DNA from: Octopus sinensis
Lineage: Eukaryota
Length of the DNA stretch: 64,000 nucleotides
Assembly: GCF_006345805.1 (NCBI RefSeq)
Contig: NC_043008.1
Span: forward strand, 67,146,001 to 67,210,000
Direction: 5' to 3'
The position numbers and the translations under genes were made by a program. A model generated the notes under the pieces. The model made no database searches, was not told the origin of the DNA, and saw nothing but the letters and a program-made list of their open reading frames with translations. Below, piece after piece: positions 36,973 through 49,712 of the stretch (the first letter of the stretch is position 1; every line of letters begins with the position of its first letter).

Positions 36973-37526
36973 GGTGGCTGCCCCCTCGTTATCGAGTATG
37001 GCCATTGCACGAAGCTTAATCAATGTTGTTATCTTGCAATGCCTGTGCATGAAGATATTTTTTTAAGTGAGGAAAGGCTGTGCACTGAGTCAATCCCACT
37101 CACTAAGCAACAGCAGCCATAATCCGAACAGAAGAACAAGTCAACATCATCGGTAACCACTGAGCCGCAGGTTTTATGTCGGAGTTATCCCAGTTACCTG
37201 AGTTACCTTCTCCTAGAAGGATGCCCTGACAAAGGCTAGGAGTCCTTCACTCCCAAAGGTTTAACTGCGCAATCGGGTATTCAATCCGATTATTTCTATG
37301 TCCCCGCGCATGATACAGCTTTAAGACATTTATTGGATGGTCGTTGACTCTCAAGAGTTCCTCCGCCCTTTGACGGGTTTTGTTTTTCATCCCGCAGGAT
37401 GACCAATAAACACCCTCCTCACCAAGCAAGCTTGGTGGGGTTGCCGGTTTAGTCGCCGACGACCCGACCATACAACAGGTAGTACTGGGTTACATGTTAC
37501 CAGTAGCACTCGAAAGTGACCTGACA
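36973..37526. mobile_element. Unclassified ~550-bp non-coding element embedded in (CATA)n, copy 1
   Basis: Inverted homologue at 44542-45122; microsatellite on both sides. Confidence 0.8.
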
Positions 37527-38584
37527 TAACATACATACATACACCCAACACCAGAGCTGAAGACACCTTCGAAAGGAGGGGCGCCACGTCAAAACGGTAG
37601 AGGAGTAGGGGCCGAAATCGGACGTGGTTCCTCCTGATGATGTTTTGAGCTAACTGGATTCTATAAAGGAGCTATTGTGGTAGCAGACCACGAAACACGG
37701 TTGTAATTCCATACATACATACATACATACATACATACATACATACATACATACATACATACATACATACATACATACATACATACATACATACATACGT
37801 ATATATGTGCGAGCTTATTTGTAAAAATATTAGAGAACCACAAAATAAATAATGAAACTGTACTTTAGAAGTAGAGTATTTCATATTTATTTATAGAAAA
37901 GCTTAGAAATTCGTTTCATTCACAGTTTGAAATCTACAGAACTTTATAAACAACTTATCTTGCAAGTCATTTCTATATATGTTTAATGGTCGACAGTAAA
38001 AAATGAAAAACAAAAAAGGATAAGAAAACGAAAGAAAAATACAGGGGAGGTAAAAAACAAAAAAGAACTACTTTCCTCCGCTCTTCCCCTTTCTCCTCAT
38101 TCTCCCTCCCTTCTGCATTACAGATGTCTTTCTTTCTTTCTTTCTTTCTTTATTTATTTACTATCCACCATTAATCACATATATAAGCACTTTCATGATA
38201 GATTTTCAGTTTTTTTTCTTCTCCAAAGCTCTGCAGATTTCGAAACGTGAATGAACCAGATTTATAAGCTTTTCTATAAGAGATTGTGTGTGCATGTGCA
38301 TGTGCGTATTTGTGAGTGTGAATGTGTGCGCTTATGATTGTGTGTATGTTTGTGTGATTGTGCCTTTGTGCTTTTCTTTTTGGCGGAGCTGGGGGTGAGG
38401 CGCTATCCTTAAGTTACGGTATAAAACCATCGATGTGCTGAATACAACTTGCGGTGCTGGAATTGTTTAGAGGCTTTTCAAACCCGTTGACTTGTACGGG
38501 TGACCGAAGGAAATTGCATTTCGCGATTTATATTCCCTATTTATCACACTTAAATTAATATATATGTGTATGTGCGAATCTGTG

Positions 38585-38615
<31 letters not shown>

Positions 38616-38792
38616 TGTGTGTGTGTGTGTGTTTGTTTCTATATGTATATATGTATGTGGTGCATGTATGTGTGCATATACATGTGTGTGTGTGGTGTCA
38701 GCTTGATCGTTTTAACGTCCACTTTTCGATGCTAGCATGGGTCCGACGAAATTTACTGAGGCAGATTTTCGATGGCTAGATACCTCTCCTGT

Positions 38793-41700
38793 TGTAGCGA
38801 GGCACAAGAAGCCAGCGCCATTTTGTACGAGATCTCGCCGATAGCCATTACCATGTCCGAGACAGGAGCAAGATCTCGCCTGCAACTATTTGCAATGCTC
38901 GAGACGACAGCGAGATTCTCGTCGGCAACGACTACTTAAGCAGGAGAATTAAGACATTCTCTCTCTTTCTTCCTCCTCGCTTACGCTGAGAAACACTGCG
39001 AAGGTGGCAGCTCACAGCGGATTCTTATCCCGCTCTAACTTCACCTGTTATCTCCAGAGGTAATGAACCTCACGTGAACGGAGCTCTGCCACGGAACAAC
39101 GCTCTGCCATAAAGATGGTCACTGGGAGCGATCCACATGAACGAGAACAAAAAATAAACGACTATTGAATTGCACAACGCTTATAAACTTCTTCGTGTTC
39201 CAGATCCTTAAGACTACAGAAATAATTGTAATGGGAGAAGGAGAAACTCCACAGGTATCACAAACCTTCAATTCCATTATAAAAAGATGACCCCGACGGA
39301 AAAAGGATTTCGGCAGCCGCAAGCTTTCTCGTTGTAGACGCCTCACACGATCTACAGAATGGCAGTCTGGCCCGACGTCAGAATATCTTCTCTCGTTCAA
39401 GTGAATCATTAGAACTTGTACCTCGCAGAGTATGCATTCTTCCTACAAAGAACTACACGGTATTCTTTCAAGTAATCTCCTTTTGAAGTAATTTCTCCCA
39501 CAATATCAAACGTCAACTTTTGATGCCAGTACATACACCAAATGCAATTGGTTCAATTGGATGCGTATTTTTCCACTCATGCGATGCCTCACCGACAACA
39601 GCTAAATCTTTTGTACTGTGGGATGCCTGCACTCTTTGTACGCTCAGTGAAAGATTTCATCTCTGACCCACATCCGGACGCGACTTACGCGTCCGTCAAA
39701 TCCAAGTTTCTCCGTTGGAACACACAATCTGCAGAAAGTAAATTCCGGACACTGATGCAAATGAACACCTGGGAGATAGGACACCACCTGAGTTTCTTCG
39801 TCGTTTGCGTGAACTCAGCGACACACCACTTGAGGACAATCCTCTGCTTAGGAAATTGCTTTTCTCTCGGCTACCGACGATGGTCCAATCCATCCTGGCC
39901 ACAACAGTCGACTCCAATTTCCTCGATCAGAAAGCCACCATGGCGGACAAGATCATAGAGTTCACTGTGCAGCCGTGCCTCACCATATCTGTTAGGACCC
40001 CGTAGTAGCTTCCTCTACTACCACAAAGTATTCTCCCTCGTCACATGATGACATTTTGAAGAGAGTCAATGCACTAGCTCGTCGCATGGGCACATTGTGG
40101 CGAGAACACGCCAGCTCTCGTCGTCCTCGCAGCAGAAGCCGTTCTAAGTCACGGTCGTCTAGTTCTACTCCAACGGTTTTCAATCTCTGCTGTACCATGC
40201 CACATTCAATGAGAAAACCCGTCGATGTATCCAGCCCTGTTTGTTCAAGCTGTCGGGAAACTAGTTACGGAAGATTTGGGCACGTCAAATTCTTCCTGCA
40301 ATTTTTCATCTCATCGTGTTTTCTTTGTTGAGGATCGTGTGTCTAACGAATCGTCTATGGTTGATACCGGATCCAGCTGTTCTATTTGGCCTTTGCGTCT
40401 TACTTTCGACAAGACGGAGCAATCTGCTATTAACCTGCACGCGGTGAATCTATCCCCGATAAAAACTTACGGTCATGTCTCATTACACCTAGATCTCAAC
40501 CTTCGAAGGGATTTTAGGTGGGTTTTTGCTATAGCAGATCTACCGTACCCCATTCTGGGCGCGGACTTCTTAAACCATTTTCACTTATTAGTGGATGTCA
40601 GGCGACAGAGACTCGTGGACGATTCTACGTCTTTGTTTACGCCTACTCTGGTTACTACTAATGCTGTTCTCCGCCCGTCATTTTTTTCGCTACTGCTGGT
40701 GACCAGTTCCACTCCCTTTTGGCTTCTTTCCCAGAGCTGGTAAATCCGACTTTCAAATCAGTCAAAGTCACTCACTCGACTCACTATTATATCACTACTT
40801 CTGGACCACCCGTCTTTTCGCGTCCACGGCAACTCGCTCTTGATCGGCTCAAAAAGGCTCAATCTGAGTTTGAGCATATGCTTCAACTCGGCCTTATTCG
40901 CCCCTCCACCATCCTTTGGGTATCTCCTCTACATCTGGCACAGAAAGAGGATTCAGACTTTCGCCCGGTGGGAGATTACAGACGTTTGAATTCGGTCAGT
41001 GTTCCGATCGCTATCCTATAAGAAATCTCCAAGATTTTTCTTCAAATGCGCATGGTTACTCTCTTTTACTCTTTTACTTGTTTCAGTCATTCGACTGCGG
41101 CCATGCTGGAGCACCGCCTTTAGTCGAGCAAATCGACCCCGGGACTTATTCCTTGTAAGCCCAGTACTTATTCTATCGGTCGTACTATTCTATGGTTGTA
41201 CTATTTTTTCCAAGGTTGACCTCATCCGAGCTTATCAACAAATTCCAATGAACCTGACGACATTCCCAAAACTGCCGTTACCACCCCTTTTGGAAGTTTC
41301 AAGTTCCTGTTAATGAGCTTCGGTTTGCGGAATGTAACGAGCACATTCTAGAGGTTTATTGACGAAGTTGTCCGTGGACTTGACTTTGTGTACGCTTACG
41401 TCGATGATTTGCTCATAGCTAGCGACACGTGTGAAAATCACCTCCAACACTTATCTCAACTTTTTCAGCGTCTTCGCACCTGCAATATGCAAATCAACCC
41501 CGATAAGTGTTTTCGGACAGACCTCTCTGGAATTCCTAGGTCATTATATCGACTCTAAGGGTATCCGACCTCTCTCCTCCAAAGTCGTTGCAATTCAACG
41601 CATCTCACAATTCAACGCATCTCACCTCCCACTTCTCTGCGCCAACTGCGTCACTTCTGGGGAATTATCAACTTTTACAGGCGGTTCATGCATAAAAATG

Positions 41701-42955
41701 CAGACAAGTTAGTTCCCTTGTCTCAGCTACTGAAAGCAAATATTAAAAAAAATCTATCACTCTATCTGCCGAGGCATTATCTTTTGAGTCAATCAAGGTG
41801 ATAGCTTCTGTTCCTTTGCTTGTGCATCCGGTTCCTGGTGCTCGTCTCTCTTTAACAGTTGATGCATCGGATTCTGCTGTTGGTGCTGTTTTGCAATATA
41901 CCGTCGACAATCAAACTCGACCTTTGGCAGTTTTTCTCGTCAATTACAGCCAGCTGAACGTCGTTGCAGTACGTTTGATAGTGAACTCATAGCGATCTAC
42001 CTGTCGGTTCGTCATTTTCAACATCAACTCGAGGGCTGGGAATTTGTGATTTATACTGATCGCAAGCCTCTTACGTTTGCTCTGTCATCTAAATCGGACA
42101 AACACTCGCCTCGTGCTTTTCGCCACCTAGACTACATTTCTCAGTTCACGAGTAACATTCCGCATATACTTGGAACAAGGAACATACCTGCTGACGCACT
42201 CTCTCGTCTCCCTGTATGTTCTCTTTCATCTCCTGCTGCAATCGATTTAACTGCCATTGCGCAGGATCAGTCAGCTCTGGACACATTGGATCTAACTTCC
42301 ACCAAGTTGTCCTATTGCAACTTTGCCTATCTTCTACTTCCGTCTACTGAAGGCACAATCCTTTGTGACACAGCTACTGGTTCTCCCAGACCGTTTGTAC
42401 CTGCGAACCACCAGCGTTCTGCTTTTGATGCCTTGCATTCACTGTCACATCCTGGCTACGCTGCCTCGGTGAAGCTTATTACGGCTTGGTTTTTCTGGCC
42501 TAATATGCGCCGCATGATCACCGCTTGGACACGCTCTTGTGTGAAATGCCTGCTTTCTAAAATCCACAGGCACATTCGCGCTTCTCTTGGACAGTTTTCT
42601 CCGCCGGAGACTCGCTTTCGCCATGTCCATATTGATCTGGTTAGACCATGGCCTATCAGTTGCGGTTTCTCTTGTATATTAACGTGTCGATCGTTTCTCT
42701 CGTTTGCCTGAAGCCATTCCAATAGTGGACATTTCTGCTGAGTCAGTTGCTCGAGCTTTCGTTTCTAACTAGATTGCTCGCTTTTGGTGTCCCAGCTAAA
42801 ATAACTACTGATCGTGGATGCCAGTTCGAAGCTTCCTTATTTCGTGAATTGTCACGAATCCTATGCGTTCATCACATTCGTACAACGAGATGGTTGAACG
42901 TTTTCACAGGCAACTGAAGGTCGCTCTACGCGCCACACTTGATCCGCAGTCTTGG
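38793..42955 (+). mobile_element. Ty3/gypsy LTR retrotransposon, CsRn1-like, decayed, 3'-truncated; SINE B fragment at 41058-41190
   Basis: 5' LTR from TGTAG(38793) to ~39280; PBS TGACCCCGACG (39288-98) complementary to tRNA-Trp; gag LGDRTPPEFLRR and CxxH..C..PC motif; protease VDTGS; RT GDYRRLN, YVDD; RNase H VDASD; integrase HPG..C..C, TTDRG.QFE. Confidence 0.92.
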
Positions 42956-44290
42956 TGTGTTTGGATAAAATGCTGATGCCAAGTTGGCCCAGGTTGCCTC
43001 CATGTTGGTAGAATATTGAGGACTGTTTTTTGTCGTCATATTGTATCAAATGTTCATTTAGTCTTTCCGCAATGCTCCTAGATGTCTCTCCTATGTATGT
43101 CATGTTCATGTCTTTAAAAGTATCTCCTATGCTTCTTATGCTGTAGACTACATTTCTAGTTCTACAGTTAATGCCAGGGTTAATCCTACATACCATGCAT
43201 TTATCATTGGTGCATATGGTATTCTCAAAGGGGTACGTCCTACATGGTTGTGATCTGATGGAGTCCCTGGCTTTCCAACGATCTTAATGTTGAGTTTGGT
43301 CTCCTTCAGAGCTTTCCTAATCTACGGGCTAGTTCTCCATGGGCTGTGGCCTCTACAAACATCACTCCTTGATATTTGTCGGTTTTGCACTACGTGTTCA
43401 CCCTGATTGCTTTGTCACAAGCTCTTTGTATTCTATTCCAGTCTTTACTTCTATATGTAGGGCAGGTACCACTGGTTTCATTACATATAATGTTATCTAA
43501 CTTCTTTCTAGCACCCCTGTATACTCGAACCCTATCTTTCTGATCATATCCAGAGAATTGCATGCGGTGCATGAAGTTCTGTACATGTTTCTTCGTTTCA
43601 TAGGGTTTGCATAGTGAGGGCACATTGTTCATTATTCTAACTAAGTTTGCTATCAGTATGTTAATTTTCATGTTGTGTGACAAAGCTGAGTTCTTGTGAA
43701 CAACATATTTTGAAGTTATGGGTTTCATGTAATAGGAGTGGAGGAGCTGCACTCTGTTATTCACAGTCTCTAACCAAAGTTCAGTATCAAGTACAGAGAG
43801 TCTATTGTTGGGTTGCTTAGTGGGGTAATCTAGAGTTACCTTGATACTTTGGTGAATGAGTTAGCTTCGTGCTGGATGCTCTCCATTACGTTCCTCTCAG
43901 TTTCTACATTACCGTCACTAGAGTTGGTCCTAACTATGATATTAATGTCATCAACATATCTACTGTAAAGTAAAAGAGTTGTGGACTGTTCTGATAAGGA
44001 TTACCTAAGTTTTCTGTCCCACCGAGTCATGAAGAGGCCAGCCACATCTCCAGCTACACCAACACCAATGGCTGCACCTTGAACCTGCATGTATAGTTTC
44101 TTGTTAAACTTTACTATGTGGTTCTTCAAGGTGGTTCTTACGCTAGCCCCCATTGCGTGTGCAATCATTCCTTTCACCTGATTGTTGTTCTTAGGGTTTT
44201 GGGTGGATACGGTCCAGCTACTCTAGCGCTCTGCGATGCCTTTCTTCACTGCTGAGGTGATGGTTGATGGTCTTCTCCTCTGTGACTCTG
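42956..44290 (-). mobile_element. Second PLE family (RT plus GIY-YIG), truncated at both ends
   Basis: MQVQGAAIGVGVAGDVAGLFM, YSRYVDD, YYMKP..SAL..KINIL, VVYSI..YIGETSRSIAERLNEH. Confidence 0.85.
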
Positions 44291-44377
44291 TGACTCTGTG
44301 ACTCTTGAAAAGGTTGCAAGACGCAACGAAAATTTTAGGAAAAATAAACGGTAAATGAGCGGAAACTATCCCCAGAC

Positions 44378-44427
<50 letters not shown>

Positions 44428-44436
44428 GTATGTATG

Positions 44437-44468
<32 letters not shown>

Positions 44469-44541
44469 TGTATCATACATACATATGTGTGTGTATGTGT
44501 ATGTGTGTGTATGTATGTATGCATGTATGTATGTATGTTTG

Positions 44542-45122
44542 TGTCAGGTCACTTTCGAGTGCTACTGGTAACATGTAACCCAGTACAACCTGTTGCATGG
44601 TCGGGTCGTCGGCGACTAAACCGGCAACACTTGAGAGTCAACGGCCATCCAATAAAAGTTTCATTTATTTTTCTTATGGCTTAAGGCTGTATCATGCGCG
44701 GGGACATAGAAATAATCGGACTGAATACCCGATCGCGCGGTTAAACCATTGGGAGTGAAGGACACCTAGCCTTTGTTAGGGCATCCTTCTAGGAGAAGGT
44801 AACTCAGGTAACTGGGATAACTCTGACATAAAACCTGCGGCTCAGTGGTTACCGATGATGTCGACTTGTTCTTCTTTTCAGATTATGGCTGCTGATGCTT
44901 AGTGAGTGGGATTGATTCGGTGCACAGCCTTTCCTCACTGTAAAAAAATCTTGCACAGGCATTGCACGATAATATTGTTCATGATTGTTGATGGTGCTGT
45001 GAGTCTCAACTGAATGGCTGGCTGTAGCCTTAAAAAGCAAATAAAAGTCACATTCGATCACAGCACCAATAACAGTTGAGCTTCGTGCAATGGCCATACT
45101 CGATAACGAGGGGGCAGCCATC
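44542..45122. mobile_element. (CATA)n-embedded element, copy 2 (inverted relative to copy 1)
   Basis: TGTCAGGTCACTTTCGAGTG ... GATAACGAGGGGGCAGCCA with (TATG)n on both sides. Confidence 0.8.
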
Positions 45123-45236
45123 ATGTATGTATGTATGTATGTATATTCTATTATGTGTTTCAGCCAGGTGGCTCTGGTCATACTGGAGCACCACCGTATA
45201 TTATATGATTTTTGTATACATATATGTCTGCATGAA

Positions 45237-46295
45237 TGTCAAAAAGAGGGTTCCCTCACGGGAAAACCAAATGAAGGTAAGTGAAACACTGAATGAACAA
45301 TTCAAAAGTGTCTTCACCCCACTCTTACGTCGCATGACAGATAGCAAACTTGTAGAATTATCTACCATCACAGAAGCAGAAAGGAAGGCAGTAACAATAG
45401 ATTACATCAGCGTCAAAAAGTAGGATGTGATCCTGACGGGTTATGATGTAGACGCAAACTCAGTTGCTGGCACCGATGGATTCCCAGCAATCCTTCTCAA
45501 GTCATGCAAACGAGTCCTTTCAAAATCACTGTAGTTTCTTTTTCAGAGCTTCCTTACAAATGGTAAGCTCCCGGGCAAACTAAAGGAGGGAATAATATAC
45601 CCTATCCATAAAGAAGGAAGCAGAGCAGATGCTAAAAACTATATGTTTATCTCTCTGACCTCGCACATCAGCAAAGTCATGGAACGAATTGTCCGAAGGA
45701 TATTAATTGCATTCCTTAAAGAGAATGACTTGCTGACTGACACCCAGCACGGTTTTCGACTAGGTAGAAGCTGCCCGACACAGCTCTTGCAGCACACTAC
45801 GACTGACTGCTAAGGCAGCTGTTCAACAACCCAAATGTGGATGTGGTATATCTCAACTTTGCAAAAGCCTTTGACAAACTCGACCGTGGTATGTCACAAG
45901 CTGCGTAATCTTCGCATAATTGGAAAACTGGGAGAATGGCTACATGACTTCCTAAAAAATAGAAGTCAGGCAGTGGTGTCCAAAGGAGCTACCTCCAAGG
46001 AAACACAAATAATGAGTGGTATTCCACAGGGCACTGTCTTGAGGCCGCTGCTATTCATAATGGCCTCCCCAGATATGCCCTCAGCTGCTCAGGTAGCCAC
46101 ACTTGCTAGCTATGCAAATGATGCAAAAATCTCTCAGAAGATACAGAACCCTGGAGAAGTTGCGCATCTGTAACGGGAGTTGGACACGCCACTAACACGC
46201 GAAGCTCAATGAAAAGCAAACAGAATACATTGGCTCAGGAGGGATGGCAAACTTTGAATCACAATCAGTGCGCGACCTGGGCATCAACATAAGTA
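45237..46295 (+). mobile_element. CR1/L2-group LINE reverse transcriptase fragment (pseudogene)
   Basis: LNEQFKSVFT, AGTDGFPAILLK, PIHKEGSR, QHGFRLGRSC, YLNFAKAFD, SGIPQGTVL, YANDAK, VRDLGI. Confidence 0.9.
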
Positions 46296-46300
46296 CTGAT

Positions 46301-46814
46301 GAAGGTGGTAGGGGTTCGTTCCCTTGCTTGCAATATATCAGATGCAACTGTGCACCGCTAACGAGCTAGAGGAGATAGTCTCTTGGAGTTAAAAAATTGC
46401 AGTAAAGTCCGTTCGAACGGAACAGCCATGCTGAAGTGGCTAAGAACATTACTTGCCAGTACAACTACTGCAATCGTCGCATGGAGAGATTTTAGAACTA
46501 GCTTTTTAGCTCATGGCAAAATCAGTGACTGTCTATCGCTTGAATTTATATATATTGCGAGTAGAGGCAGGTTACTGCCATCTCTAGCAGACGAGGCGTT
46601 CAGTACTGAAGAGAAGCAGAAATAACCCGAAACCAGACTAGTATGCTAGTCCTGTTGTTAGAAGATAATAGGAGTTCGTTCCCTTGCTCGCAATATATCG
46701 GATGCAGCTGTGCATCGTTAACCACTTAGAGGAAATGTCCTCTTGGGGTTAAGAAATCGCAGTAAAGTTCGTTCGAACGGAACAGCCATGCTGAAGTGGC
46801 TACGAACATTACTT

Positions 46815-46815
<1 letters not shown>
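46301..46815 (+). repeat. 1.4 copies of a 360-bp unit containing one hammerhead (46602-46647)
   Basis: 46301-46455 aligns to 46661-46815; AGTA-CTGAAGA-G..C-GAAA-C CAGACTA G-TA-TGCT. Confidence 0.75.
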
Positions 46816-46851
<36 letters not shown>

Positions 46852-47054
46852 TTAAATGCATGTGTGCGTTTATTTTTATGCATATCCATACATATGTGTG
46901 TGAGTGTATGCGTTTGTATGTATGTATGTATGTATGTATGTATGTATGTATTATGTATGTATGTATGTATGTATGTATGTATGTATGTATGTTGTATGTA
47001 TGTATGCGTATGTATGTATGTTGTATGTATGTATGCGTATGTATGTATATGTGC

Positions 47055-48881
47055 TGATTTATATGTTTTGTTTTATGTCTTCTAATGCATATAGCTGGTT
47101 ATCTAGACATGCTCATATATACTTAACTGAAGAACTTCTGCAAAGTTTTACAGATTTTTACAGTTCCAGTAATGGATTGGATCTGTAGTCTTCGAATCAG
47201 CTTTCTCCTTTCTGATTTTGAGAAGCCTAATTTCTCAAGATTGGTATTTAGGCAGTGTGTTACATAACCAAATGTCTCAATAATTACAGGTATAAACCTG
47301 AACTTGTAATCTGGATAGAGTAATTGCAGATTTCTCAATACTTCAGCGTAGGTGTTCTCTTTTTCGCTGATCTTCAGCTTTATGTTAACATCCGCTGGGC
47401 AAATGATTCCCATAATTATACACAGTTTCTCCTCTCTATCCCAAATCATTATGTCAGGTCTGCTGTGTTTATATTTTATTGAAGTTTTCACTCGGACATT
47501 CCGTCAGAACTCTTTATTATGAGTGGCTATGGCTTCCACCATACTGTGGGTTCTTATTTCTTTGTCTTTGGGGTTATCCTTTCGACGGGTCTCGTTATAG
47601 GGTGTCCTAGCTACAACATCATGCCTCATCGGTAGATAATAACGTGATGATATTTTCGGACAACTGTTTATGGTGTGAGTGATATCTTCGGTGTTAACTC
47701 TACAAAATCTGCATCGGTTGTCACATTTTACTACATTTCCTGCATCCCATTATTTTATTTTTGTGTGTGCATCAGGTATTTGGTTGATATTTCCTGCTCC
47801 TGAATTGCAAACGCAAACCTTTCAAAGTAAGATGTACTAATCCGGTTGTTGGTCCATGATAGACTGCTTTGATGTTCACTGTTACTATAATCTCAAAGCT
47901 TTCTACTAACATGTAGATGTATGGTCTTCTGCTCATATATGCTCACCCTTTCATCTGATGATATGTTGCGGTAGAAAGGCGGCAAGCAGGCAGAAACGTT
48001 AGCACGCCGGGCGAGATGCTTAGCGCTATTTCGTCTGCCTTTACGTTCTAAGTTCAAATTCTGCCGAGGTCGACTTTGCTTTACATCCTTTCGAAATCAA
48101 TAAATTAAGTACCAGTTGCGTACTGGAGTCGATCTAATCGACTGGACCCTCCCCAAAAATTTCGGGTCTTGTGCCTACAGTAGAAAAGATAGGTTGCGGT
48201 AGAATTGCGTGACTTCTTTCGGCATGTATTTAAGGTTATCAAACAAGGAATGCTGCTCAAGGAGCTGCTTTCCAAGTCTTATGATGTTATCAGCCTCATG
48301 TATGCAAACTTGGTCATGGGATGCACTTCAACACTTGGTAATTAAAAGATGTTGCCGAAGTGATATGATATGACATTCAAAAGTAGTTTGGATCGATGTT
48401 AAGCCTCTGCCGCCTTGTTTTCATTTTAGATAGAGGCAGTCTACGTCACTGTTGATGTGGAAATAATATGTGCTTGTTAGTATTTTTCGGGTTTTCAAAT
48501 CAATGGCTCGGATATCATGAAGCGTGTAATCAAGCAGCCAAAATGTTGGTATGAGTACTGGCATTGCAAATCATTGTGGGTCACTGTTTAATTGAATACA
48601 GAGGGTTCCGAGGTTCGAATTTTCATTCGACTGTCATATTCTTTAGTGAAACGTGTTTTGTTACAGGTGCCATTGTAAGATATGTTTTCACTCACCCCTA
48701 GATACCTGTAACACTCCTCATCAGATATAGGGGAAACAGTCAAATCATTGATGGAGATATTGCTAGTCTGGTTTACAGTTTTCCCTCTTTTCACAACCAC
48801 ATAACAATACTTATCTTGACCAAATTCCAGCCCTATATCCTTTGAGAATGTTGTGAGCAGGTCAAGACTCTTTTTTCATCT
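47055..48881 (-). mobile_element. R4/Dong-type LINE, 5'-truncated, flanked by (CATA)n; nested SINE A at 47977-48192
   Basis: YRYLG thumb, CRFC..EDITH..SCP..RHD zinc knuckle, RPDIMIWD..EKE endonuclease; SINE TSD GTTGCGGTAGAA. Confidence 0.9.
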
Positions 48882-49206
48882 CATGTATGTATGTATGTAT
48901 GTATGTGTATATATATGATTCAAAATTGTACAAAAAAGGCGAAAAACATAGATAGATGGGGGAACAACAAACGTGGTGTATTAATTTAACGCTCAGGGAA
49001 AATGGATGAGTCTGACGTTTCGAACCTACGCTCTTCCGCGGAAAGAAAGGGGAAAAGAAAACAGATGGAGGGAGAAAGAAAAAATAGGAGAGAGGAAAAA
49101 AAGAACGTGTCTATGCATAGAGGTATATATGTGCACGTGCGCATGCGTGTGTCTGTTTGTGTGTGTATATGTGTGTATGAAGATATATAGATACAGACAC
49201 ACATAC

Positions 49207-49239
<33 letters not shown>

Positions 49240-49661
49240 TATACTTATATATATAATATATATATGTATGTAAATACATATATGTATGTGTGTATACATA
49301 TGTATATATGTATGTATGTATACATGTATGTATGTATGTATGCATGTATGAATACATGCTTGTTTGTATGTGGGGTGGGGGGAGACAGGGAGGAGAATAT
49401 AATTTAGTGAAAACACTGAGTGAAGCAATAGTACGGTAAATACACCGATGTAATATTGATAACAATTGGCAGCTAAAACATAGCCTTGTCTTATCTAATC
49501 TGGTTTCCCCCCATCGCTCTAAAATCACCACCAACACCACCATCGGCAGCAACAGCAGCAGCAGCAGCAGCCACCATCCACCAGCACTAGTGACTACCTG
49601 TTATGTTTGATACAGCACAGTGCAGTGCAGTGGCTGCTGCTGTTGCTGCACACGTACTAGT

Positions 49662-49712
<51 letters not shown>

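Noticed and set aside
36973-37020. HDV-like ribozyme at the end of the CATA element (G-U-closed 7-bp helix and a CCCTCGT loop-like motif)
   Set aside because: There is no room for P2 and no P3 pairing, so it folds as a simple nested hairpin.
37410-37470. Twister-like motifs on the minus strand (TAA..CCAAGC..GAGGAGGG)
   Set aside because: The spacing lacks the conserved GC pseudoknot segment, and a stronger ACCAAGC/GCTTGGT hairpin competes.
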